A stretch of 19,319 nucleotides of DNA, taken from positions 1 to 19,319 of the forward strand of contig JADGIF010000111.1 of the NCBI GenBank assembly GCA_018985225.1, written 5' to 3'. Each line of letters starts with the position of its first letter. The stretch's first letter is position 1. Position numbers and translations under genes: made by a program. Positions 1 through 9,026 of the stretch are shown piece by piece. The notes under the pieces are model-generated. The model had not been told where the DNA came from. It searched no databases and saw only the letters and a list, made by a program, of their open reading frames with translations. This stretch comes from Amoeboradix gromovi X-113 (lineage: Eukaryota > Fungi > Sanchytriomycota).

Positions 1-253
1 ATCCAGGCAGCGATGGGTTCAGTTAACCTTGTTTTCCTTGTTTAACTTTTCAAATGCTAGTTTATGGATATCATATGGGACACCAAATATAAAAACTAGA
101 CTAACTACGCCCAGCCAATCGACTGAATCTTTGCATTAGCTGCTGCCAACGGCATGTTGTATGTTTAGAGAGCCGTTGGAACCCCTTTAGATTACTTCTG
201 TCAGGCCCCTATCTCGTGTTTTTCATTTGAAATGCCTCCTTGCAACAGCAACA

Positions 254-1378
254 ATGCTTTCCGTTAAAAGTTTGGCTAATTACATCAATGCCATGTACAC
301 AAAACCAATTTGTATTGAAATGATCAAGGATGATGAACCATTGGACTGTTTTACATGTACTATTCGTTTTCCAAGTGAAGGTGATGATACATCTATTGCA
401 AAATTCCAAGGAAGTAAGAAAACCGTACTAAAAGATGTTACTAGTTATATCCTGTTGAAATACCCAGATTTGGATATCAATCGATTCCAAGGTGCAGCAG
501 TGACCACTCCATTGGAATTGTTGAACCAGTTCAAGAACCAGAGAAATGCACAAGTAACTATTCAAGTTGAAGATAAACCATCCGGAACTCTAAAGTATAA
601 ATGGGACAATGAAGAATTATCCTTGGAATCCAATTATTCCTACTTCAAACACCACAGTTATACTAAAAATAAGATTGCACAATTGTTGTTGGAACAAGCA
701 GCCATTTATGATCCATTGGCTAGAGATTATGTTAATTGGATTACCAAAGCACTGCCTTTAACCATGTTTATCAAGTTGCCTGGAATGGAATCTGTTAGTA
801 TTGAATACAAAGGTGCTACTAAACTGGATGGCGTATTGGATAATAGTACAGCTTGGAAACATCATCATGAAAAGGTCGCAGAAACACTATGTGGAATGGC
901 TAATAACAAGGGTGGCATAGTTTATATTGGTGTGCATGACACTGGAATTGTACAAGGAATTCAATTTGAAAACACTGGTCAAGTAGATGGTTTGAAGTTG
1001 CAGTACCAGAATTATATCAAATCACAAATGACGCCTAGCATTTCGTATGATTTAGTTGTACTTCCTGTCAGTTATTACAAGGACAAGCCTGAATTGAAAC
1101 TGATTGCAAAAGATACTAAACTGTCTTCAGAGGATCTTGTCAAGACATTAAATGAGTTGAAACAAAGATGGAATGACATGTGGAATACGCCCCAATTATT
1201 GATGGATAATCAAGTGGTAAGAGAGAATAGATTTGTATTTCAATTTAATGTGAGACCTGGTCAGAGTTTATATCAATGCAAAGGGGTTTGCTATTTAAGA
1301 AGAGAAGGCCAGAATGATAGATTAACAGTTGAGCAAATTGTTGATGAAATGATGATGAAGAAGCTCTTGACAGATTAA
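254..1378 (+). CDS. Schlafen/AlbA_2-domain protein with two putative N-terminal dsRNA-binding domains
   Basis: The ORF track starts at a TTG (227); first ATG is at 254. AlbA_2 motifs: ESVSIEYK, AETLCGMANNKGGIVYIGVHDTGIVQGI and C-terminal GVCYLRREGQNDRLTVEQI. The N-terminus has two alpha-beta-beta-beta-alpha dsRBD-like units (SVKSLANYIN...FTCTIRF...QGSKKTVLKDVTSYILL; TPLELLNQFKNQ...TKNKIAQLLLEQ). The AlbA_2 call is strong; the dsRBD call is moderate. Confidence 0.8.
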   Translation: MLSVKSLANYINAMYTKPICIEMIKDDEPLDCFTCTIRFPSEGDDTSIAKFQGSKKTVLKDVTSYILLKYPDLDINRFQGAAVTTPLELLNQFKNQRNAQVTIQVEDKPSGTLKYKWDNEELSLESNYSYFKHHSYTKNKIAQLLLEQAAIYDPLARDYVNWITKALPLTMFIKLPGMESVSIEYKGATKLDGVLDNSTAWKHHHEKVAETLCGMANNKGGIVYIGVHDTGIVQGIQFENTGQVDGLKLQYQNYIKSQMTPSISYDLVVLPVSYYKDKPELKLIAKDTKLSSEDLVKTLNELKQRWNDMWNTPQLLMDNQVVRENRFVFQFNVRPGQSLYQCKGVCYLRREGQNDRLTVEQIVDEMMMKKLLTD

Positions 1379-1418
1379 CAGTTGAGCAAATTGTTGATGA
1401 AATGATGATGAAGAAGCT
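1315..1418 (+). repeat. Tandem duplication (51-bp copies, period 53) of the 3' end of the Schlafen-like gene
   Basis: 1315-1365 and 1368-1418 read TGA(T/C)AGATTAACAGTTGAGCAAATTGTTGATGAAATGATGATGAAGAAGCT, with one mismatch. Confidence 0.95.
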
Positions 1419-1490
1419 TTTAAAATAAATTGTTAAATCTCAACTATTTTGAAGTCTTCTGAAGACGATGCCATACTTGCATAGAATTAA

Positions 1491-1742
1491 ACGATTGCAA
1501 CAAACAACTATCATATAAAATGCAACATATTTAAAGCTGAAGAACGTCAACATTTAGAAGAATGCTTCAATAGAAATTTTGAACCAGTACTTATTATTGG
1601 TTTGAAATCATTGCTATTTGTAAATTTTAATGTCAACAACACATTGACTATTACTGAATTTGGAAGATTATTCACTGGATTTATTGCATCTTACGCAATT
1701 CCTCCAAATCATCGGTATATTAGTGCACAATTTAGACAATAA
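1491..1742 (+). pseudogene. ATG-less 83-codon open frame inside the TIR element (possible second, decayed cargo gene)
   Basis: Frame reads TIATNNYHIKCNIFKAEERQHLEECFNRNFEPVLIIGLKSLLFVNF...YISAQFRQ*. Its TAA sits inside AATAAA (1738-1743), like the true genes in this window. An upstream out-of-frame ATG (MPYLHR...) suggests a frameshift. Confidence 0.35.
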
Positions 1743-1905
1743 ATATTTAGTCTACTTTTCATATTTGATTCAACTTTTCAACACGATTTCATTGGTCAAG
1801 TCAAGTTAGTCCAGTTTTTATATTTGATGTCCCATTTTTTTACATTCTAAAAAGTCTTGTATTGTAATTTTAAAAATGCTCTGCCGTGCTGTTTGAAACT
1901 GCAAA

Positions 1906-2184
1906 ATGGAAAACGACATTATTGAAATCCCGCAACTAGAGTTTCCAAATTTTGATCAAAAACAATCGAAAATTGAGGACAACAAGGATTTGGTTTTGGA
2001 GGATACCATTCAGAATTTTAATAAAATCATCAAGGGAGTACAAAAATTACAGGAAAAGGTAAAAAGTGCACAGATGTTCGCAAGTGAATCCTTCAAAAAG
2101 TGTGATAGCACATATAATGACAATCAGAGTTTGATTACAGATATGCAGCAAAAGATGAAAGCACAGGCCAAGTTGCTGAAATAA
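1906..2184 (+). CDS. Small coiled-coil protein (weak resemblance to KxDL/BLOC-1/BORC-type subunits)
   Basis: 92-aa ORF with an ATG start, a helical heptad-like C-terminal half and a stop inside AATAAA. The family resemblance is only impressionistic. Confidence 0.55.
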   Translation: MENDIIEIPQLEFPNFDQKQSKIEDNKDLVLEDTIQNFNKIIKGVQKLQEKVKSAQMFASESFKKCDSTYNDNQSLITDMQQKMKAQAKLLK

Positions 2185-2421
2185 AGCAATAAATTGCATT
2201 GTTTATCATTTTATTTACTTTATCTATTCTAATTCTGTTAGCCTTCCAACTTTAGTACTTAACCTAGATATAACCACAGGAATATCTAGCAGTGTTCCGA
2301 ATGTATCCGGCTTAGCAGTTTACAAACTTCAGTCCAATGTGTAAGAGTGCCCTAGGCATCTTATTGACAAACAAATTTCATATAATTGTGTGCTCCTTGA
2401 TACCTGATCGGGACCTGCTGA

Positions 2422-4359
2422 ATGAAATTTGGTCTAGTTTTGGGTATTTTAGATAACATCCATAAAGCTCTCAAGGCATTAGTGCTGATAGGACAAAACT
2501 CAGAGGAACAGCTAGAGTTGCAATTCCAACTGACGTGCTTAACTGAAATCATAAAAGGAGCGGAAGACTCATCTGTTTCTAGCGAAGCTTCTGAAGCGTT
2601 GGAAGCTCTAAGTCAGAAAGTTGCCGATTTAGCAAAGTATTGCACTTTTATTGTCAAGACTAAAGATTTAAAGCATTCAGTCTTTAATGTAGGTGATCAT
2701 AACTCGAAGGTTAAAATGTTTGGTAACTCCCTGCAGTTACTGTGCACAAAGCTGGCAATCTTTCTTGTGCTTAATACCAAAGAAGTCGATGAAAACAATA
2801 TCACCCGGTTGGATGAAGTTTTAATGAAATACAGTAAAAGACCAACTCTGGATATACTGGATAACAGTGATGTCAAAATCGTGCTTTTGAGCATGGGGGT
2901 TACCCCAAGGCAATTTCGGGATATAAGGTATCAGATGGATTGGGTAACAAGCAGGGCAATAGAACATCCACTTGAATTGCCAACAATTTTAAAGCTCAAG
3001 GCAGAATTATGTTCCAGAAAAAAACTCGAAAAAGTCCTCGAACCCTCTGATTTTAAGTATATTGCTAATATAAAAGTAGACGAGACTTGTCTGCGTGGAA
3101 GTAGCGACCGTGCTAGAGTCTATTTATTAAAATGGATGGGCACCGAGGTCGCCGTCAAAATACTAGAAGATGTTTCTTTCTTCGATCCAGGTCTTAAGAT
3201 ATTTGAGTCCATGGAACTGGTGACTAGAAAAAATATTCTCAATGAAATTAAGCTATACGATAAATTAAATGTCTGCCCTTTCATATCTACGTTCTATGGT
3301 GTGTCTTCGATTAACAACAAGTTAGCGTGGATTACTGAGTTTTTACCTTACAAATCGATTGAATACTTGATTTATGTAGAGCCGGAACAACTTACTGAAG
3401 GCTTTACGGCTAGCCTTATAAACGGGATCTCAAATGGTTTGGCGCACATGCATGAAAATGGTGTGACACATTTTGACGTTAGAAGCAGTAATATACTTGT
3501 CGGAAGAGACTGGACTCCAAAGATAACTGATATTGGAATAGCTCGTATCCAGAAAGATTCTGTAAATTCAATTCAGTGGAGAGCTCCTGAGCAGCTGGAA
3601 AGGGCTTCTTATAAACATGGAAATCATTTTCCTGGAGACGTTTATAGTTTTGCAGTTCTACTTGGCGAAATTTCCACAAGAGAAAAGCCATGGAATGAAT
3701 GCACGCTAGAAGCGATTCAATCCAGCGTATTACTGGGGAATAGGCCATATGACATGTACCTGCATAACATTTCTCCTTCAATATTTAGTTTAATGTGCAA
3801 ATGCTGGCAGCAGACACCAGAAGCTCGAATTTCGATGGCACAAGTGCTTTCATATTTGGAATCTAGATGCGAGGAAGATAACACCATGGGTCAAGATCGA
3901 CACTTTGGTTCATTGCCTAAGAATGAAGCAAAACAGCCTGCTGTTACTGAATATGAAGTTATAGAATTAGGAAATAATGGTGTAAAAAGGTTTACTGATT
4001 ACAAAACGGATCCAAAAGAACCTAATCATTTAGCAGAACACGATAGAGTGGACAGCGCTAAATTTCGACTACAGCAAATCGAAGAGTCTCTAAAGTTTTA
4101 TAAACAGGAAACACAGTCAAGTAGAAAAATTACTCTGATGCTCAACATCCCAGGCATAATTCTAATTCCAATTTTCATAGTAGGTCTAGCCTTGAATGAT
4201 AATTCAACGATGGCTGTTACTTTCACTGTTTTAGGAGGCATATATGCGTTTATAGTCGCTATGTGGAACATGTTGTTTTGCTGCTGTTACACTACAACTC
4301 CAAGAAAGATATTAAAAATGAAATCTGAAAGAGATAAGCTATTAAGCTTGCAACTGTAA
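2422..4359 (+). CDS. TKL-type protein kinase (atypical) with an N-terminal MLKL-like 4-helix bundle and two C-terminal TM helices
   Basis: Kinase motifs VAVK, HFDVRSSNILV, KITDIGIARI, WRAPE, DVYSFAVLLGEI, CWQQTPEARISM; degenerate Gly loop (RGSSDRA). About 120 aa of amphipathic helical N-terminus. Hydrophobic segments LMLNIPGIILIPIFIVGLAL and AVTFTVLGGIYAFIVAMWNMLF. Confidence 0.85.
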   Translation: MKFGLVLGILDNIHKALKALVLIGQNSEEQLELQFQLTCLTEIIKGAEDSSVSSEASEALEALSQKVADLAKYCTFIVKTKDLKHSVFNVGDHNSKVKMFGNSLQLLCTKLAIFLVLNTKEVDENNITRLDEVLMKYSKRPTLDILDNSDVKIVLLSMGVTPRQFRDIRYQMDWVTSRAIEHPLELPTILKLKAELCSRKKLEKVLEPSDFKYIANIKVDETCLRGSSDRARVYLLKWMGTEVAVKILEDVSFFDPGLKIFESMELVTRKNILNEIKLYDKLNVCPFISTFYGVSSINNKLAWITEFLPYKSIEYLIYVEPEQLTEGFTASLINGISNGLAHMHENGVTHFDVRSSNILVGRDWTPKITDIGIARIQKDSVNSIQWRAPEQLERASYKHGNHFPGDVYSFAVLLGEISTREKPWNECTLEAIQSSVLLGNRPYDMYLHNISPSIFSLMCKCWQQTPEARISMAQVLSYLESRCEEDNTMGQDRHFGSLPKNEAKQPAVTEYEVIELGNNGVKRFTDYKTDPKEPNHLAEHDRVDSAKFRLQQIEESLKFYKQETQSSRKITLMLNIPGIILIPIFIVGLALNDNSTMAVTFTVLGGIYAFIVAMWNMLFCCCYTTTPRKILKMKSERDKLLSLQL

Positions 4360-4435
4360 ATAAAACCATACTTTGTAATGAGTAGACTCGCGTCTTGATA
4401 CTGCAGATATTTTAGCACTTGTATCAGTTTACTTT

Positions 4436-5749
4436 TTATACTTTCATATCGGTAATTCCGAAGTAATCGTTTTGCTCTTCAGTTCTATCATAATCAGTTA
4501 TAACCATGTTAGGATCCGGATCCGGAGCATATAAATTTTGAATATAGCTATTAGCCATTGGATCGTCTAGTTCAATCGTCCATTGCACCGATCCAGTCAT
4601 TGTGCTTAATTCATGTAGTTTCGTTAAAAACTTCGTAAAAAGGTCCTTTCTGTTCAACTCTGCGCCATCTCCTTGCCTAAAGGGTGTCTTGTCTGATAGC
4701 TCTACTTTAATTTCATCCAATAAACCTTCGATTGTGGTAAACTTTCCACCCAAGGTACCAGAAGTCAGTTCTAAATCTATTTCAGGAATCCTCAATCCAC
4801 TTGTCTCACTCTTTAATATATCTCTGCTCAAATCATCCTCACACGTTACGGTCAGCTTTATGATTCTACCCTTCTCACTCATAGCACCGGCAGACTTAAC
4901 TTCGTTTGATTTGTAACCACAAGTATCACAAACTGTGGACATGATAACGACCTCTTTAAAGTGGGGAATGTCTATTAATTTCATTCTTGTTGGACATGGT
5001 GACTTACATTGACTACAGTTACTGGGGAATTCATGTATTTCTTCTTTAAGTTTATTAACAATTTCCGCGTTAGTCTCTTCAACTGGAGCCTCTTCGCCTA
5101 GACCCAAGAATTCATTGTCCTCAGCGGTGCGATTGAATTGGGTAATTTTCATTTGAGGATCAGGAGAAGGCGCCATTAAGTTTTCCACAAAGCTATTACC
5201 TGAAATGTCTCTTATAGTTAAAGTGAATTCTGATTTAACTTCCAAATAGCCACGAAGAGTGTTCAAAATATTTTCAACTTGATTGTACAAAGTCGGTTCA
5301 TTTAATTTACGATTCTCTTGCTGGTCACTTAAATCATCAATTATTCTGTCCAAGAGACCTTCAAATGTAGTCAGTATCGAGCTGTTTTGATTTTGACTAG
5401 GCGGAACTTGCAAGTCAATCTCTTTGATTGAGACACTTGCACTTGCTGACTTTACTACCTGGCGACTTAGATCGTCAATACTTGTGATCCGGCATTCAAT
5501 TTCCACGCCTTGCTTTTGAATCTCGGAAGCAGATTGTAATTCATTGTTACTAAAATTACAATTTTCACACGAAAATGCCATGACGACCACCTCTTTAAAA
5601 TATGGAATGCTGGTTAAAAACAATCTTGTAATGCCATTATTACCGCAATTCATACAAAGACTTTCAATTTCAGTCACCTGATTTTCCTCATCTGCATTTA
5701 GTCGACTAAACATTGTATAGAGGGTTTTGTGCACAAATTCTGTGTCCAT
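4436..5749 (-). CDS. ZPR1: Zinc finger protein ZPR1
   Basis: Two ZPR1 modules: ESLCMNC...IPYFKEVVVMAFSCENC and CSQC...IPHFKEVVIMSTVCDTCGYKSNEVK, plus TTIEGLL and DDPMANSYIQN. Confidence 0.97.
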   Translation of the reverse strand: MDTEFVHKTLYTMFSRLNADEENQVTEIESLCMNCGNNGITRLFLTSIPYFKEVVVMAFSCENCNFSNNELQSASEIQKQGVEIECRITSIDDLSRQVVKSASASVSIKEIDLQVPPSQNQNSSILTTFEGLLDRIIDDLSDQQENRKLNEPTLYNQVENILNTLRGYLEVKSEFTLTIRDISGNSFVENLMAPSPDPQMKITQFNRTAEDNEFLGLGEEAPVEETNAEIVNKLKEEIHEFPSNCSQCKSPCPTRMKLIDIPHFKEVVIMSTVCDTCGYKSNEVKSAGAMSEKGRIIKLTVTCEDDLSRDILKSETSGLRIPEIDLELTSGTLGGKFTTIEGLLDEIKVELSDKTPFRQGDGAELNRKDLFTKFLTKLHELSTMTGSVQWTIELDDPMANSYIQNLYAPDPDPNMVITDYDRTEEQNDYFGITDMKV

Positions 5750-5752
5750 ACT

Positions 5753-5871
5753 CCTCGTTAAAAGTCCTGATTTCTGAGAGAATCGAGAATTTCCACAGAG
5801 AAACTAGCAGTGCTAGATGTTACGTTACAGTGATTGCTCACGCTTTCACTACCCTGAGGCGGGATTAAATA
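5753..5871 (-). ncRNA. Putative Fanzor omegaRNA scaffold (copy 1)
   Basis: Lies at the 3' end of the Fanzor remnant and is conserved in three copies. Hairpins CTAGC-ACT-GCTAG and TAGTGA...TCACTG show compensatory changes versus copy 2. Confidence 0.65.
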
Positions 5872-6180
5872 AGGATGCAGATACTTGATGTATATGTTCC
5901 TTGCTGCCATATGATCTATATCTATCTTCAAATGACAATTTGTACATGTGAATGTTTCTAAATTAGTTTTCTTTAGAGTACCACACCTTGTACATGTCTG
6001 ACTAGTAAATGATTCATTACGTTCAAGCATCGTCTTTCCTCTTTGCTTACACTTAAACTTCAAGCGTTCTTTGAATGTGTAATGGGACATTGTGGCCATA
6101 TTTCTTGCGACTTGCTCGACAAGCTACTTAGCATCTGGCTCGTATTAAACGATGGCAAGTATATAAGAACATACGTCTTT
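5758..6180 (-). pseudogene. Fanzor2/TnpB C-terminal remnant (RuvC-II region, Zn ribbon, RuvC-III)
   Basis: KTYVLIYLPSFNTSQMLSSLSSK, then a 1-nt frameshift near 6111, then VARNMATMSHYTFKERLKFKC...NESFTSQTCTRCG...FTCTNCHLKIDIDHMAARNI. Pro at the canonical RuvC-II Glu position with the alternative Glu in E-x-x-T-S is typical of Fanzor2/IS607 TnpB. RuvC-I is missing. Confidence 0.88.
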
Positions 6181-7102
6181 GTGTGCTGCACCTGCTAGTT
6201 ATTTCTTTAGATTTGACACGTTCAGGATTACATCTATTTGTTACATTTATCATTTACGAAAAGGAAGAATATCGAGTGTTTAAGCTATTAGAAAAATCTG
6301 GAAAAGTCTTGAAATGATACAAAAGTATATGCAAATTCGCGATAAATGATTTATTCAAGAAACAATCGAGCTGCTTCGAAATCTTTAATCAATCTGGTAG
6401 TATTTTTTTGAAAATTTTTGGTTGCTTATATGAATTTCCGTCTTTTGTAGGACAACAGTCTGCTTGCCTTTCTCTTTACTTGCAGAAATAGATGTCAATA
6501 TGTATTTATTAAAACCACTTAGCAATTTTGCACAGTTATCTAAGCGAGAGTACTCAAAATCTTTATCAAGGACGAATTAATTACATAGCTCAGTTGTATC
6601 CTAATTATCTAGTAAATATTATCGAATAAACGAGACTAATTCTGAAAACATGTCCACATTTCTAAGCAGGAGGAAGAACTAGAGACCACGATAGATTACC
6701 ATATCATTAATTCATGACGCTGAACAAAACAAAGAAACGAGAAAACCAGAGAAAAAAGATGATAATGAAGTACTAGAAATAACATTAAGAACCTTAAGAC
6801 AGAATATGAAAGGGTTATAGGGGAGATGTTGCAGCATATACTCGTGCTAAGCAGCCAAGCTATTTGAAAGAAATATTACCGGTGCATTGTCATATTGAGA
6901 AAAGGTTTAATGGATTATTATGGGACTCACATCTTTCCAGGAGTCCTATGACCCAGAGTTGGGGCCATATCTTATTTTTAGTTACAAAAATACTTTTTAA
7001 GTTCTAGGTCAACCTCTTATGTTGATTTCGCAGTTGGCAAGTTAATCATATGTACCATACTTGAATTTATTGACTTGATCTTGTTTTTATGTTTGAGGCA
7101 AA

Positions 7103-7545
7103 CCTTTTAAAACTCCAAATTTATGAAAAACTCAGGAAATTGCAGAGTCAGTGATAGTATCAGTCGTTCAGTTACAATGATCTCTCTCACTTCCATTATC
7201 CTGTGGCGGGATCGAATATTAAGGCACATATGTCAATAAGATGTCGCTATCAGTTTCTTAATGATAGATAGTTCATGCATAGGACTCCAAACTGGTTTTC
7301 TTGAAAGTACCTACATGTTGAACGTTTGCTGCTCTTCTACTTGTAATCAAACACTTTACAATAGTTATAAGTCTTTTTGCATAATATGGCAATCACGTTG
7401 GCAACTAACCGCTTAGGCTTCTAATGACAAACGAGACTGGATTCTGTATTGGATACCAGTTTTTTCAATGCAATAATCATCCTTCTTTCTCTTGAATTTC
7501 ATTTTAATTCTTAAGTGGGACGGTTCTTTGCCATATTTGCTCTCA
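7103..7545 (-). mobile_element. Fanzor2-like element, copy 2 (highly decayed) with putative omegaRNA at 7103-7218
   Basis: 7171-7218 matches 5824-5871 at 37/48 without gaps. Minus-strand remnants: GTFKKTSLESYA*TIYH*ETDSD (cf. GTLKKTNLETFTCTNCHLKIDID), IRSLSG*L..VIAILCKKTY and RIKMKFKRKKDD. Ends ...TTTTAAAAGG. The boundary at the high-coordinate end is uncertain. Confidence 0.7.
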
Positions 7546-7820
7546 AGTCACAACAATAGATATAGAATACATTGCATTTTTCAATTTATCGCTATTTATT
7601 AGATGTGGAAGCGTGAAATAGGTATCAAAAAGCGATATAGCACATTCAATCAAGACAAATAGTATATTCAATTAATAAACATATTTTTGATAATTCTTTT
7701 TAGATGTGTTTAACTCAGAGCAAGACTGACGTGTTTAGAACACTCTCTGTAATCTAGCTACTTCCGATCTATATCCGCAATTCTAGTAGATCTAAATTCT
7801 CCATTATCCACTTTCAAACA

Positions 7821-8981
7821 ATGAATTTTGGGGCAATAGTTTGGGCAGCAATTCAACCCATTTTGACAGTCTTGATTATGGTGATAATTGGTGTGATCCT
7901 TACAAAAAAGAGGATATACCATCAGGAAGTGATGAAGTCTTTAGGAAAATTCGCACTGCAGTTTTTAGCACCATGTTTGATGATGACAAAAACTGCAGCT
8001 TCTATTTCCCCAAGCAATATCATGCAATATTTGTTTATTATGTTGATAACGTCTATTTACCAAGTTTATTATATTATTGCGGCATTTATTATCTTTTTCT
8101 TAACTAAAAGATATTGTAGTCCTACTTTTCGTACTAGTGTCATGTCCAGCACTGCTTTCGGTAATTGGGGTGATTTTCCCATTGCTATACTAATTGCTAT
8201 TGGAAACAGCCCACCTTTTGAACCTGGCGATTCTGACAAAGGCATTGCATTTGTGACAGCCATTCTACTACTTTACTATCCTCTAATTTTCTCTTTGGGT
8301 GTTCATTGGATTGAATCTGACTATAAATCAATAAAAGTTGAGTATCTTGACAATAAAACCGAAGAGGAAAGCAATGTCGTCGCTAAACCTGAACCGAAGT
8401 TTTATCACAAAGAGTGGTTTCGATTGATAGTTTTCAATCCAAATATCATAGGGATTGTCATTGGATTGATGCTGGGTCTAATCGCTCCATTGAACAAAGT
8501 ATTTGTTTCATCTGATGGAGCTTTGTTTTTTGTTTTTAACACATTAAAAACAATGGGGAATGCATATATACCTATAGGATTGACTTTGTTTGGCGCAAAT
8601 CTAATTTATGCAGATTTCAGCATATTTAAAAGAATGCTAAGGATTCCTGTCACTCATAACGACACCGAGTTGCCAAAGAAAATCTATGTTCCCATATTTG
8701 CAGTGATATTCACCAGACTGGTGATATCACCAATAATTGGTATCGCATTTGTTAATTTTTTGATTTCTGCTAGTTTTATTGATCCGATGAACAAAATATT
8801 ACAATTTGTTTTAATACTGCCAATGTGCATGCCGATGGCTCAAATGAACTTAGTATTATCACAGATATATCATCCGAAAGGAAAACCAGAAGAAATGGCA
8901 ACAATGGTAGCAATTTGTTATTTTCTAACGCCTTTTTCGCTAATAGTGTCTCTAAGTGTAGCAATTTATACTCTATCTTGA
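7821..8981 (+). CDS. Auxin-efflux-carrier family (PILS/ECM3-like, Mem_trans) membrane transporter
   Basis: About 10 TM segments in two halves; motifs AIQPIL, LAPCLMMTK, FGNWGDFPIAI, NPNIIG, GNAYIPIGLTLFGANL, RLVISPIIG. Confidence 0.9.
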   Translation: MNFGAIVWAAIQPILTVLIMVIIGVILTKKRIYHQEVMKSLGKFALQFLAPCLMMTKTAASISPSNIMQYLFIMLITSIYQVYYIIAAFIIFFLTKRYCSPTFRTSVMSSTAFGNWGDFPIAILIAIGNSPPFEPGDSDKGIAFVTAILLLYYPLIFSLGVHWIESDYKSIKVEYLDNKTEEESNVVAKPEPKFYHKEWFRLIVFNPNIIGIVIGLMLGLIAPLNKVFVSSDGALFFVFNTLKTMGNAYIPIGLTLFGANLIYADFSIFKRMLRIPVTHNDTELPKKIYVPIFAVIFTRLVISPIIGIAFVNFLISASFIDPMNKILQFVLILPMCMPMAQMNLVLSQIYHPKGKPEEMATMVAICYFLTPFSLIVSLSVAIYTLS

Positions 8982-9026
8982 ACTTTAATAAACTAGTTAA
9001 TATAAAATCGGGTCACATGTTTTTAG

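Larger units (their letters stand above)
77..1833. mobile_element. TIR-bounded non-autonomous DNA transposon (1757 bp) carrying cargo gene(s)
   Basis: Left TIR GGGACACCAAATATAAAAACTAGACTAACT (77-106); right TIR at 1804-1833 whose reverse complement is GGGACATCAAATATAAAAACTGGACTAACT (2 mismatches in 30). The same termini recur at 11373/11700 and 19282. Flanks AT|GGG...CCC|AT. No transposase recognised inside. Confidence 0.85.
5753..6378 (-). mobile_element. Fanzor2/IS607-TnpB-like element, copy 1 (internally deleted)
   Basis: A left segment (6184-~6378) shared with copy 3 (9272-~9443) is joined to a Fanzor 3' coding remnant and a conserved 3' end that terminates ...TTTTAACGAGG on the minus strand. 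Confidence 0.75.

Noticed and set aside
5750-5757. GAGGAG before the ZPR1 ATG as a Shine-Dalgarno site
   Set aside because: The gene set is eukaryotic with a spliceosomal intron; the motif is explained by the element's GG terminus.
6650-6970. Purine-rich decayed frame (…HDAEQNKETRKPEKKDDNEVLE…) and hairpin GGGACTC…GAGTCCT at ~6922-6947
   Set aside because: Multiple stops and no identifiable family; a single hairpin without a second copy.
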